Source of the DNA: Gemmatimonadota bacterium
GTDB taxonomy: Bacteria > Gemmatimonadota > Gemmatimonadetes > Palauibacterales > Palauibacteraceae
NCBI GenBank assembly: GCA_039589195.1
Contig: JBDHHV010000017.1
Location: 11,237 to 75,236 of the forward strand
Direction: 5' to 3'
DNA length: 64,000 bases
Position 1 is the stretch's first letter; each line of letters begins with the position of its first letter. A model generated the notes under the pieces. The model was not told the DNA's origin and searched no databases. It saw only the letters and a list, made by a program, of their open reading frames with translations. Of this stretch, positions 9,885 to 19,470 are shown piece by piece. The position numbers were made by a program, and so were the translations under genes.

Positions 9885-10145
9885 GCTGGGTCCTCCTTGG
9901 ATGAATCGACGGCACCGGATCGCGCAGGTTGCACGCTCACCGAGTGCGTGGGGGTCGGTTGTCTTCGGAAACCGCGTCGGGCGAGAAGCCAAAAGGAGGC
10001 CGGCGCCCGGGACCAGGTGGTATACGGCGAAACTGCAAACGTCTAACCTCAACTACCGGGTATCCTGACCCTATGTCCGCCCGTCCCGTAATCACGCAAT
10101 TTCCCGCAGTCGTGACCGCGGCGCAAGCGTGGGAGCTCCGGGGTG

Positions 10146-11198
10146 CTACTCCTCGCCAGGGGCGCCGACCCCAGCCAGCACGGCCTCGGAATCATCCCCT
10201 CCTGCCCCGGCGGTTGCCGGCTCGTTCGTGCTGTGGACTGGAGCCCCGTCCCCATCCTCGGTCCGCAGCATGCGCGAATAAAGGCTGAGATCGGAATCCG
10301 CCACCCACTTGAAGAGAAGGCGCGTCCACGAGGTGTGTGCCACCAGGCTCTCGTAGTACTCGGGCGCCGCCGCCTTGAGGCTCGGCAGACGGTTCCACGG
10401 GATGGATGGGAAGTCGTGATGCTCGTTGTGGTATCCGACGTTGAACGCGACCCGGTTCGCCGCCCCATAGTAGCTGTAGGTCTCCTGCGATGTCCCCATC
10501 AAATAGTGCCGCTGGATCCACCGCGCACCCAGTGGGTGAAACCCGGCCGAGAAGAACATGGAGGCGAACAGATACCAGAACGCGGCCGGACCCCACACCT
10601 GCCACACGAGGACATCGACAGACACGATGATGATCCAATTCAGGACCACCCAGCGGTCCACCATCCGGACCTCTTTGACACGAAACGTGTGCGTCACGGC
10701 AATGATCGGGAACAGGAACAGCCACAGCGCCTTCCGGATTCCGGAGTTCCCCACCAGCTTCGCTTCCCATTCGTTCGGCACGTCCGCATCCAGTTCGTAA
10801 ACCCCCTGATGGGAGTGGTGCGCCAGATGGTAGTGCTTGAACGACACCGAGCTGGGGAGGACGCTCGGAAAGTTCGCCAGGATACCCGCCAGCGTGTTCA
10901 GCACCCTCGACTTGAACAGGAGGTTGTGCGCGCACTCATGGACCATCACGAAAAGGGCATGGTTCGCGACCGCGCCCGCCGTATAGGCCAAGAGCAAGAG
11001 CAGCCACCAGGGCCGCCCGACGATCCAGGACGCAAGGAACATCTGCAGACCGACGAGCGCCAGGATTCCGAGAAAGCTGAACGGGTTTCTGCCGATGTGC
11101 TCTCGAACATCCGGGTGCTCACGCAAGATCGCCCGGGTACGCGCCTTATGTGGCTCGGGGCTGTCCGAGTACGAGAAGCCCTCGGGCACCGTGGCCAT
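10146..11198 (-). CDS. Membrane fatty-acid desaturase of the sphingolipid delta-4 desaturase/C4-hydroxylase (DEGS/DES1-like) type
   Basis: Three His boxes HECAH, HYHLAHH, HNEHH. N-terminal PEPHKARTRAILREHP resembles the Lipid_DES motif. QETYSYYG...FNVGYHNEHHDFPSIP and C-terminal SLYSRM match DEGS1-type sequence as recalled. Confidence 0.8.
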   Translation of the reverse strand: MATVPEGFSYSDSPEPHKARTRAILREHPDVREHIGRNPFSFLGILALVGLQMFLASWIVGRPWWLLLLLAYTAGAVANHALFVMVHECAHNLLFKSRVLNTLAGILANFPSVLPSSVSFKHYHLAHHSHQGVYELDADVPNEWEAKLVGNSGIRKALWLFLFPIIAVTHTFRVKEVRMVDRWVVLNWIIIVSVDVLVWQVWGPAAFWYLFASMFFSAGFHPLGARWIQRHYLMGTSQETYSYYGAANRVAFNVGYHNEHHDFPSIPWNRLPSLKAAAPEYYESLVAHTSWTRLLFKWVADSDLSLYSRMLRTEDGDGAPVHSTNEPATAGAGGDDSEAVLAGVGAPGEE

Positions 11199-11325
11199 AT
11201 CCTTGCAGCCTTCTTCCAGGAGAAAAGGGGTTACGGGGCCGCTTACCTTATATGGCGGGCAGGCACGCAGGCAAGACAGTGCCACGTCACCGTGCGCACC
11301 GGCGTGGCTTCCGCCCCGCCCGAAT

Positions 11326-11757
11326 TCAACCGTCGTAGCTCTCGTCGGAGGCGATCCGGCGAATCCTCTCCAGGCGGCCCGCGACCTGATCCACCGAGCG
11401 CTCGAGTGGGGCCCGCGCCCGAGGATCCAGTGGGCCTCCTCCCGTCAGTGGCGCGGGGCGACAGTCCCACACTCGCGCCCACGACAGGGCGGCCCAGGCG
11501 CCGACTTCCCGCAGCAGATCGGGACCTGGTCGCTGCAGCGAAAGTCCGAGATTCCGAGCCGCGTCGTCCAGCTCCGCCAGCAACGCCCGAAGCTCGGCCT
11601 CCATCTCGGCCAGTCGCCGCCCACGATGCTCGTCCCCCCGCCCGGCGTCCCGGTCGACCCGCTCGAGCAGGCGTCCGGCCTCGACCGCCAGCCGTCCGAA
11701 CCGAACCTCCAGCCGCCGGCGTTGGGTCTCTGTCAGCTCGGGAGGGGCGTCGGTCAT
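11326..11757 (-). CDS. Hypothetical alpha-helical protein (143 aa)
   Basis: Fits between two same-strand genes, coding-like composition, coiled-coil character. No confident family. Confidence 0.6.
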   Translation of the reverse strand: MTDAPPELTETQRRRLEVRFGRLAVEAGRLLERVDRDAGRGDEHRGRRLAEMEAELRALLAELDDAARNLGLSLQRPGPDLLREVGAWAALSWARVWDCRPAPLTGGGPLDPRARAPLERSVDQVAGRLERIRRIASDESYDG

Positions 11758-11785
11758 GACGGCACCCGAAGCCGATCCGCTCGGC

Positions 11786-14180
11786 TCAGGGGACAAGCTC
11801 CTGTCGATGCGGTCTCAGGACGAACAAACCCTCCTTCATGCTCGACACGATCACCGTCCCGCTCTCGAAGAACGGAAATGCCGTCCAGGCACCGTTGAAG
11901 CCTGCGGGGTCGCCCTCGTACGGCGTCGTGTCGAAGAACGCCACCTCGACCGGGTTCTCCGGATCGGAGATGTCGAGGACCCGCAAGCCGGCCTGATAGT
12001 TGGCCTGGTATACGCGATCGCCCTTCACGTACAGGTTGTGGTCGGTGGCTCCGGTCGAACCGAGGTGCTCGCCGACGAGCACGGGATCGTCCAGATCGGA
12101 CACGTCCCATATGAGCATCCGCGTTCGCTCGGTCCGTCCTACAAGCTCGTCCAGCTCGTCATCCAGATAGAAGTAACGCTGGTCCTCGGTGAGCCACCCC
12201 TGGTGGACGTAGGCCAGACCGGGATAGCTCGCCGCCGCGAGCGGCAGCGGATCTCCCTTGTCCGTCACATCCACGATCCGCAGCGCTGTCTCGTTCGACG
12301 CGAAGCAGATCTCCCGGTCTTGGTAGTCCTGGTCAGGCCCGCGGTAGACGACGCACTGTGCGTCGTGCGTTCGCCCTTGCCAGATCAACCCGGTCTCACT
12401 GTCCATGTAGCAACCGGCGAAGGTGGGATCCAGCGGGTCGCGGATGTCCACGATGTGCAACCCGCCTCCGCACGTCTCCCCTCCCCCGCTATTCCCCACG
12501 GTGTAGGCGAAGCCGCTCTCGGTATCGATCACGAGGTTGTGAGCGCTGTGGATCCCGTCGTAGCGCACGTCGGGCTCGAACGTGACCGGCGGGTCGCGCA
12601 CGTCGCGTAGCCGGGTGAGGTCGAACACCAGCATGCCGTGATCACCCGCGCCATCGCCCGTGAAGAAGAGGTGGTCTTCGTACACCTTCAGGTCACGGGC
12701 CCCGCTGCGGGGGGCGGGCAGCGCGCCAAGGTACACGGGCATCGTCGGGTCGGTGATGTCCACGAACGCCGCCCCACCCGAGCGGCCCACGAGCGCGTAC
12801 TCACGACCCGTCTCCGGATCCGTCCAGCCCCACAGGTCGCTGAGCCCCTCCCCCGGGGTACCGCCCAGCTCGGAGATCGGCAGGAAGGCGAGGAGGTTTA
12901 CATCACGGCATGCAAACCGCTCCGCTGCCCCCGCTTCGCACGGCACCTCCGCTCCCGCAACCGTCTCGAGTCGGCCGCCGGGATCCAGCCACACCGCGTC
13001 CGCCCACCCTCCCGAGTCGTCTCGCTTGAACGCGGCCGCGCGTCCGATCCCGCCGTCTGCCAGCGGCGCGCCCGCGACGGCAACCTGGGGACCCAACCCG
13101 ACCGAGGCCCCCAAACGGTCGCCGGGCTCGAGACCCCGCACGCGGAGCGGGCCCGCCCGCTGCCATGCGCCGTTCGACCCCTCTCTCGTGAATGGGTAGA
13201 CGGCCCCACGCCGTTCGTTCGACCCCGGCCCACCGACCCAGAGCTCACCGCCGGCGATGGCGAGAGCCGACCCGAACGCATCGCCCGGCTGGCTCGTGGG
13301 TGGGCTCAGCCGACCCCTCTCGCTCCACGACCCGGTGGAGGGATCCATCGCGAAGGCGATGACCACACCGCCCGTTGCCTGTGAGCCCGGCGCTCCGACC
13401 AGCGCGGAGCCACCGTCGAGCGCCACGGCGCTCCCGAACCCCGCTCCGGCACCCAGACCTTCCGGGACCAGCCGTGCCGTCTGCGTCCATGTGCTACCGC
13501 CGTCATCTCTCTCGAACACGTACACGGACCCCGACGTACCGCTCCGCGGCGCGCCCACGAGAGCGCGGGCTCCCTCGATCGCCAGCGATGCGCCGAACTG
13601 GCCGGACGCGCCGCCGTCGATCGGTTCGAGCTCCCCCCTTTCCAGCCAGCCGTTCGAGCCGGACTCCCGCTGGAAGACCCGCACTCCGCGGGGGGTGCTC
13701 GGTCCACCCGGGACCGCCACCAATGCGACGTCGTGATCGACGGCGACGACCCTGGGGGCCGGCTGCAGGATGCGCATGACTGTCCCCAGGTCGAGGGCCG
13801 CCTGGGCGTGCTCTCCCACCGGTGCTGGTCCAGCCGCCGGTCACCCCACGCTCCCACGCGTCGGCACCCCAGCGTACGTCGGGGTCGCCACCTCCGACGA
13901 GCAGCAGATCGTCCGCGAGCGCGATCGATCCGCTAAACCCCTCACCGGTCTGCTCGCCTCCGCGAGGTCGGAGGCGCTCCGCCACTTGCCAGGCTCCATC
14001 CTCCCCTTGCCCGTATACGTACACGGTCGCGGGCCCTCGCCCCACGTTCGGCTTGAGCACGAGCACCTGCCGGCCCTCCGCGGCCACGGCGCGCCCGAAC
14101 TGATCTTGAGGCCACAGCGATTGAGAGGCGGACAGCAGTAGAAGTGCGGCCACCGAAGACGCGCGTGCGATCCTGTTCAT
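11786..14180 (-). pseudogene. Choice-of-anchor B family secreted protein with FG-GAP/integrin-like repeats, split by a frameshift near 13820
   Basis: The N-terminal ORF (ATG 14180, signal peptide MNRIARASSVAALLLL, QFGRAVAAEG) changes frame into ORF 11786..13819, which has FG-GAP repeats (FGASLAIEG, FGSAVALDG) and the LVIVD/choice-of-anchor B region (SDLWGWTDPETGREYA, HQGWLTEDQRY, DHNLYV, WTAFPFFESG). Confidence 0.75.
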
Positions 14181-14387
14181 GGGGACGTTCCGATCCAAGA
14201 GTGCGAGGCGCCGAAACCGAGCGGCGCGGAAGCCACGAAGGTGCGGAAGATGGGTCGTCCCCCACCCTCCGGCCAGTCACCGGCCATCACACCGGAGTGT
14301 CACTCACTCGCACCACTCGCACCCGCTGGCTAGACTCTCCTCAGCGACCTGCTCGTCTCCTCGACCACGCATCGGAGGCCTTCGACC

Positions 14388-16622
14388 ATGATTCACGAGA
14401 CCGGTTCGCTCGTCAGACGCCGCACCTCGCATGCTCCCTTCCGGCGCCAGCTGGCCGCCGTGGCGATCGCATCGATGGTATCCCCGTTAGCGGGCACGCT
14501 CCCGCTGGTCGCGCAGGATCCGGGGAGTGAGGACGGAGACCGCTGGACACCAGCCCTCAGCATGAAATACCGCGCCATTCAGGGGACGGCGGTCTCGCCG
14601 GATGGCGGCCGCGTGGCGTACGTCGTCAGGACACCGCTGATGGAGGGGCCGCAGTCGGAGTATCTGAGCCACATCTGGCTCGCCAACACCGACGGTTCCG
14701 GGGCGCGCCAATACACGCGTGGTGAAGAGTCCGCCGGCAGCCCCTCGTTCTCTCCGGACGGCGAATGGCTCGCCTTTACTACGGGTCGTGGCTCGGAGGA
14801 GGAGAATGGGGGCAGGAACCAGGTCTGGATTCTCCCGCTGACCGGGGGCGAGGCGCGGCCGGCGACCGACGCCCGATCAGGCGTCGGCGTGTATCGATGG
14901 TCGCCCGACGGCACCCGGATCGCCTACGTCATGCGCGACCCCGAAACGAAAGAGGAGAAGAAGGCCAAGGATGAGAAGACGGATGTCATCCTCGTCGACC
15001 AGAACTTCAAGTACGGGCACCTCTATGTCGTCGAGGTGGACCCCGACGCTCCCGAGGTTCCCGAGGCGACGCGCCTGACCGGGGGCGAGTACCACGTTAC
15101 CGGTTTCGACTGGTCTCCCGACGGCACCCGGATCGTCTTCGGGCACCAGGCCGATCCGCGCATCAACACCGGCCGACTGTCGGGCGATATCGCGATCGTA
15201 TCCGTCCCTGCGGCGGCGGACATCGAAGCCATGCGGGAAGCGGCGGCCGCGGCGGACTCCGGTGAAGAGACGGGAGAGGAGGGCGAAGAGGAGGGCCAGG
15301 AGGAGACCGGCATCGAGATGAAGGCCATGGGCGAGGTTACCCAACTCGTCACGGGTGCGGGCGTCGAGGGCAACCCCCGCTGGTCACCGGACGGCCGCTG
15401 GATCGCGTTCGCTTCCACGGGCCCGCAGATCGAGCCCATCGGACTCGGAGACCTCTACGTCGTATCTCCCGGCGGGGGCGAGCCACGCATGCTGGCCGAA
15501 ACCCCGAACCGGAGCGCGAGCGTCATCGGCTGGTCGGGCGACAGCGGGCACCTCTTCCTGAACGAGGCGCTCGGGACGACGCGGCACGTGATCGCCGTCC
15601 CCGTTCAAGGCGAAGAGATTCGCCACGTGAGCTCGGGCGCCGGCGTCATGGGCGGCGTATCGGTGACCCCCGATGGGGGACTCATGGCGTTTACGTGGCA
15701 AACCCCGGATGAACCGTGGGATGTCTACGTCTCCCCCACCGACTCCTATGCACCGACGCGCATCACCGATGCGCACGCGGACGTGCCACGACCCGAGATG
15801 GGGCGGACGGCACTCGTCGCATGGACCTCGCCCGACGGCACCCCGGTAGAAGGGCTGCTCACCTATCCGGTGGGCTACGAGTCCGGGCGGCGGTACCCGC
15901 TCATTCTGAACGTGCACGGGGGACCGGCGGGGGTGTACTCGCAGGGCTTCACGGGCTCCCCCGGCATCTACATGCTCCAGTACTTCGCCCAGGAGGGGTT
16001 CGCGATCCTGCGCCCCAACCCTCGAGGCTCGACCGGGTATGGGAAGGAGTTCCGCTACGCCAACTTCCGGGATTGGGGCTACGGCGATCTGAGCGATCTC
16101 CTGGCTGGCGTGGACCACGTGGTCGAGATGGGCGTGGCGCACCCCGACAGCCTGCTCCTCATGGGGTGGAGCTACGGGGGCTACATGACCTCGTTCGCGG
16201 TCACGCAGACCGACCGGTTCAAGGCGGCCAGCATGGGCGCCGGACTGCCGAACCTCGTGAGCATGACCACGACGACCGACATCCAGGACTATCTTGTCGG
16301 GCACATGGGGGCCGAGTTCTGGGAGGACTACGAGGAGTACGAGAAGCACTCCGCGATCTACCAAATCGCGAACGTGAGGACGCCTACGCAGGTGATTCAC
16401 GGACAGAACGATCTGCGAGTGCCGTTCACGCAGGGACAGGAGTTCTACCGGGCGCTGCAGCGTCGCGGCGTCCCGACCGAGTTCGTAGTCTACCCCCGCA
16501 CACCTCACGGTCCCCGTGAGCCGAAGTTCGTCATGGACGTCTCGGAGCGCATCCTGACGTGGTTCAAGAAACACCTGCGGCCCGAGACCGTCACGGCGGC
16601 TGCGGGAGAGGGCGGTAACTGA
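14388..16622 (+). CDS. Secreted S9 family (prolyl oligopeptidase / acylaminoacyl peptidase) serine peptidase with PD40 beta-propeller
   Basis: SPDG/WSPDG propeller repeats, LNVHGGP, NPRGSTGYG, nucleophile motif GWSYGG, HGQNDLRVP, terminal YPRTPHG. Confidence 0.92.
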   Translation: MIHETGSLVRRRTSHAPFRRQLAAVAIASMVSPLAGTLPLVAQDPGSEDGDRWTPALSMKYRAIQGTAVSPDGGRVAYVVRTPLMEGPQSEYLSHIWLANTDGSGARQYTRGEESAGSPSFSPDGEWLAFTTGRGSEEENGGRNQVWILPLTGGEARPATDARSGVGVYRWSPDGTRIAYVMRDPETKEEKKAKDEKTDVILVDQNFKYGHLYVVEVDPDAPEVPEATRLTGGEYHVTGFDWSPDGTRIVFGHQADPRINTGRLSGDIAIVSVPAAADIEAMREAAAAADSGEETGEEGEEEGQEETGIEMKAMGEVTQLVTGAGVEGNPRWSPDGRWIAFASTGPQIEPIGLGDLYVVSPGGGEPRMLAETPNRSASVIGWSGDSGHLFLNEALGTTRHVIAVPVQGEEIRHVSSGAGVMGGVSVTPDGGLMAFTWQTPDEPWDVYVSPTDSYAPTRITDAHADVPRPEMGRTALVAWTSPDGTPVEGLLTYPVGYESGRRYPLILNVHGGPAGVYSQGFTGSPGIYMLQYFAQEGFAILRPNPRGSTGYGKEFRYANFRDWGYGDLSDLLAGVDHVVEMGVAHPDSLLLMGWSYGGYMTSFAVTQTDRFKAASMGAGLPNLVSMTTTTDIQDYLVGHMGAEFWEDYEEYEKHSAIYQIANVRTPTQVIHGQNDLRVPFTQGQEFYRALQRRGVPTEFVVYPRTPHGPREPKFVMDVSERILTWFKKHLRPETVTAAAGEGGN

Positions 16623-16687
16623 CGGCAGCTCGATCGCCCGACGCTACGCGCCGGACGTGAGTTCAACCCGAATCGAGGAGTAGGAAC

Positions 16688-17464
16688 GTGGCAGAGCCGT
16701 TCGCGCGCCGTCCTTCATCAGGGGTCAGCCTGTCCGCACGGATCATCGGCCGGCGTGCGGGTCGCACGGCCGTTCGCGAGCTCGAGGCGCTCTTGGCCCG
16801 GGCCAAGCGAGTGCGAGACGTATCCGTCGAGCGGGTGCACAAGCTGAGCGAGTCGCACGGAATCGACCTTCGCGAGCGGCTTCGAACCCCGCGCCGGAAC
16901 CTGTACCGCCGATTCCTCGAGCACTGTCTTCTGGACTGCTCGCTGACGGAGGAGGAGGCGGAGGAGCTCGCCCACCTTCGGAAGCTGCTGCACCTGGCGG
17001 ACAGCGATGTGGCGCATGTTCACGATGCGGTATCCCGTGCCGTGTACGGAGCGGCGCTCGAGGATGTGCTCGACGACCACAGGCTCGACGAGGACGAAGA
17101 GCGCTTCCTCACACGGTTGCGCGACGAGCTCGGGATGTCCGAGGTGGATGCGAGCCGCATGTACGAAGAGGAGGCTCGCCGCGCGCAGCAACGCCTTTTG
17201 TCGACGGTGCCGAACGCCGCCGTGTTCGCGTCTCGTGAAGGGGTCATCCAGCTGAAGGGTGGATCGACCGTCGGCCTCCAGGACGCCGTCCGGACGGTCG
17301 TGGATGAGTCCTGCCACGCGCTCCCGCATCTGAGCTGGGCCGAGTTGAGCGAAGTCAGGGTCCGGATCGAGAGCGGGCGGATCGCGGAGTGGCAGGTCAA
17401 GCTCAAGGCCGGGCTGGGGCCACCCCCGACGGCGTCCGGTCCCGACGCTTCCCCCGGGGTTTGA
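16688..17464 (+). CDS. Fusion of two TerB-like helical repeats with a C-terminal dodecin-like domain
   Basis: GAGGAG RBS, GTG start. Repeats DCSLTEEEAEELAHLRKLLHL and DHRLDEDEERFLTRLRDELGM. C-terminus VIQLKGGS...LSWAELSEVRVRIESGRIAEWQVKLKAGL follows the dodecin pattern. Confidence 0.6.
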   Translation: MAEPFARRPSSGVSLSARIIGRRAGRTAVRELEALLARAKRVRDVSVERVHKLSESHGIDLRERLRTPRRNLYRRFLEHCLLDCSLTEEEAEELAHLRKLLHLADSDVAHVHDAVSRAVYGAALEDVLDDHRLDEDEERFLTRLRDELGMSEVDASRMYEEEARRAQQRLLSTVPNAAVFASREGVIQLKGGSTVGLQDAVRTVVDESCHALPHLSWAELSEVRVRIESGRIAEWQVKLKAGLGPPPTASGPDASPGV

Positions 17465-17530
17465 CACAAGCGAGAACCCCGACAGCGACCCTCAACGGCC
17501 GTTCTCGTTGGCGAGCCGGCTCATCGGTCG

Positions 17531-17552
17531 TATATTCGCTTATACGGGTATA
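17531..17552. promoter_or_regulatory. Putative ArsR operator (imperfect AT-rich palindrome)
   Basis: tatattcg-cttata-cgggtata, 6 of 8 arm positions complementary, about 30 nt upstream of arsR in an otherwise GC-rich context. Confidence 0.55.
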
Positions 17553-17583
17553 TGATCGCGACTACCGATGAGGAGCTCCTTCC

Positions 17584-17934
17584 GTGCGCCAGTGGGCCGG
17601 TTGGTTCAAAGCGCTGTCCGAAGAAACCCGCTTGGAGATCCTCACCCTCCTTCTGAGACACGGGGAGTTGTGCGTGTGTGAGATCGAGGGCCTGCTCGAG
17701 GTCTCCCAATCGACAGCCTCGAGACACCTTCGATATCTGCTGAACGCGGGCCTGGTCGAGGATCGGCGCGAGGGTCTCTGGGTCTACTATCGAGTGGCAG
17801 ATAGGGACGATCCTCACCACCAGGAGCTCTCGAGCTTCCTCCGCGCGCTCCTCGAGGACGCCCCTCTGCCCGACCTCAGCCGCGAGATCGAGGCGATGCG
17901 CGCCGACCGCTGTGCGCCGGTAGTCGGCCCGTGA
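17584..17934 (+). CDS. arsR: ArsR/SmtB family metalloid-responsive repressor
   Basis: [13 protein letters not shown], alpha-3 metalloid site [28 protein letters not shown]. Overlaps acr3 (GTGA). Confidence 0.9.
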   Translation: MRQWAGWFKALSEETRLEILTLLLRHGELCVCEIEGLLEVSQSTASRHLRYLLNAGLVEDRREGLWVYYRVADRDDPHHQELSSFLRALLEDAPLPDLSREIEAMRADRCAPVVGP

Positions 17935-19040
17935 GTACGGCGAGAGCCACGGTCGCGGGGCGGCTGTCGTTCCTCGACCGCTATCTGACCCTGTGGATCT
18001 TCGCCGCCATGGCTGCCGGCGTCGGGATCGGGTATCTGTGGCCCCGCGCGATCGAGTCATTCAACGATGTCACCCAGATAGGGACGACTTCCGTACCGAT
18101 CGCGATCGGTCTCATCCTGATGATGTATCCGCCGCTGGCCAAGGTCCGCTACGAGAAGTTCGGATCTGTCTTTCGGCACAAGAAGATCCTCGGACTGTCG
18201 CTGTTCCAAAACTGGATCGTGGGCCCGATCGTCATGTTCGTCCTGGCGATTCTCCTCCTCAGAGATCTGCCGGGATACGCGGTCGGGCTGATCCTGGTCG
18301 GGTTGGCCCGCTGTATCGCGATGGTGCTGGTGTGGAACGATCTGGCCGATGGCGATCACGATCTCGCGGCCGGGCTCGTAGCCGCGAACGCCGTATTCCA
18401 GGTGCTGTTCTACGGTGTGTACGCGTGGGTCTTCATCACCTTTCTCCCACCCGTTTTCGGTCTGGAGGGGTTCGCCATGGATGTGGGGATGGGCGAGATC
18501 GCGCGCACCGTTCTCATCTATCTGGGGATCCCGTTCTTCGGTGGGCTGATCACCCGATTCGTGCTGCTGAGGATGAAAGGCCTGCGCTGGTACGAAGACG
18601 TCTTCATCCCGCGTATCAGCCCGCTCACACTCGCAGCGCTGTTGTTCACGATCGTGATCATGTTTTCGCTGAAGGGGGAGCTGATCGTCCAGCTACCCCT
18701 GGACGTTGTCCGCATCGCGATCCCGCTCACGATCTACTTCGTGGCGATGTTTGCCATCACCTTCGTAGGGGCACGCCTGCTACGGGGCGAGTACCCGGAG
18801 ACCGCCACGGTCGCACTTACGGCCGCCAGCAACGACTTCGAGCTGGCAATCGCCGTGGGGATCGCGGTGTTCGGGATTCAATCGCCACAGGCATTCGCGA
18901 CCGTGATCGGGCCGCTCGTCGAGGTTCCGGTCCTGATCGGTCTGGTGCACGTGGCACTTTGGGTGAGGGGTCGGATGTTCGCGCCGGTGCAGGTTGCGGG
19001 CGGGGACGCTTTGGGGCCCGCGAGCACGTCGGGCCCGTAG
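17931..19040 (+). CDS. acr3: ACR3 family arsenite efflux transporter
   Basis: [58 protein letters not shown]. Confidence 0.95.
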   Translation: MSTARATVAGRLSFLDRYLTLWIFAAMAAGVGIGYLWPRAIESFNDVTQIGTTSVPIAIGLILMMYPPLAKVRYEKFGSVFRHKKILGLSLFQNWIVGPIVMFVLAILLLRDLPGYAVGLILVGLARCIAMVLVWNDLADGDHDLAAGLVAANAVFQVLFYGVYAWVFITFLPPVFGLEGFAMDVGMGEIARTVLIYLGIPFFGGLITRFVLLRMKGLRWYEDVFIPRISPLTLAALLFTIVIMFSLKGELIVQLPLDVVRIAIPLTIYFVAMFAITFVGARLLRGEYPETATVALTAASNDFELAIAVGIAVFGIQSPQAFATVIGPLVEVPVLIGLVHVALWVRGRMFAPVQVAGGDALGPASTSGP

Positions 19041-19083
19041 CGGCGACCGGCGAAGGACTCGAGCCGCCGCCGGATTCAGCTCG

Positions 19084-19470
19084 CTACAACACCTCGTCGA
19101 GCAGGAAGAGGTCGGTCAGCAGCGCACGCACGTGTATCGACGCGTTCAAGTTGTCGATCAGCTGCGAGCTGATTGCCGGTTGCGCCAGCACGAGCGCGAC
19201 TGCCGCTCCGGCACGGCGCGCATCCTCTCGCACGACTTCGATCATCGTGAGATAGGCCTCCGCCGGGGTAAGCCCTTCCTGTTCGACCAACTCCGGTAGC
19301 CCGTTCGCGAGTGCGCTCAGCGCTTCGTCGGTTCGCTGGAGAAAGTCGCGCACCTGCGCATCCATGCGGCGGGCCGCATCGCCGGTGGCTCCCTGCGCCG
19401 CGAACGCGAGGAAGAACTCATAGCTCTCCTCGATCGCTTCGATTCGTCCCTTGAGATCGTCGCGGTTCAA
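19084..19470 (-). CDS. Conserved-looking hypothetical protein, last gene of the Mo-hydroxylase operon (128 aa)
   Basis: TTG start overlaps the cytochrome b stop (TTGA). Motifs IEESYEFFLAFAAQG and SSQLIDNLNASIHVRALLTDLFLLDE. Confidence 0.7.
   Translation of the reverse strand: MNRDDLKGRIEAIEESYEFFLAFAAQGATGDAARRMDAQVRDFLQRTDEALSALANGLPELVEQEGLTPAEAYLTMIEVVREDARRAGAAVALVLAQPAISSQLIDNLNASIHVRALLTDLFLLDEVL

Noticed and set aside
7389-10046. 885-aa ORF on + strand
   Set aside because: Lies antisense to two clear genes (CBM protein, TPR lipoprotein); no motifs; expected from GC-rich codon bias.
10143-11759. 538-aa ORF on + strand
   Set aside because: Antisense to the desaturase; Arg/Pro-rich with no domain signature.
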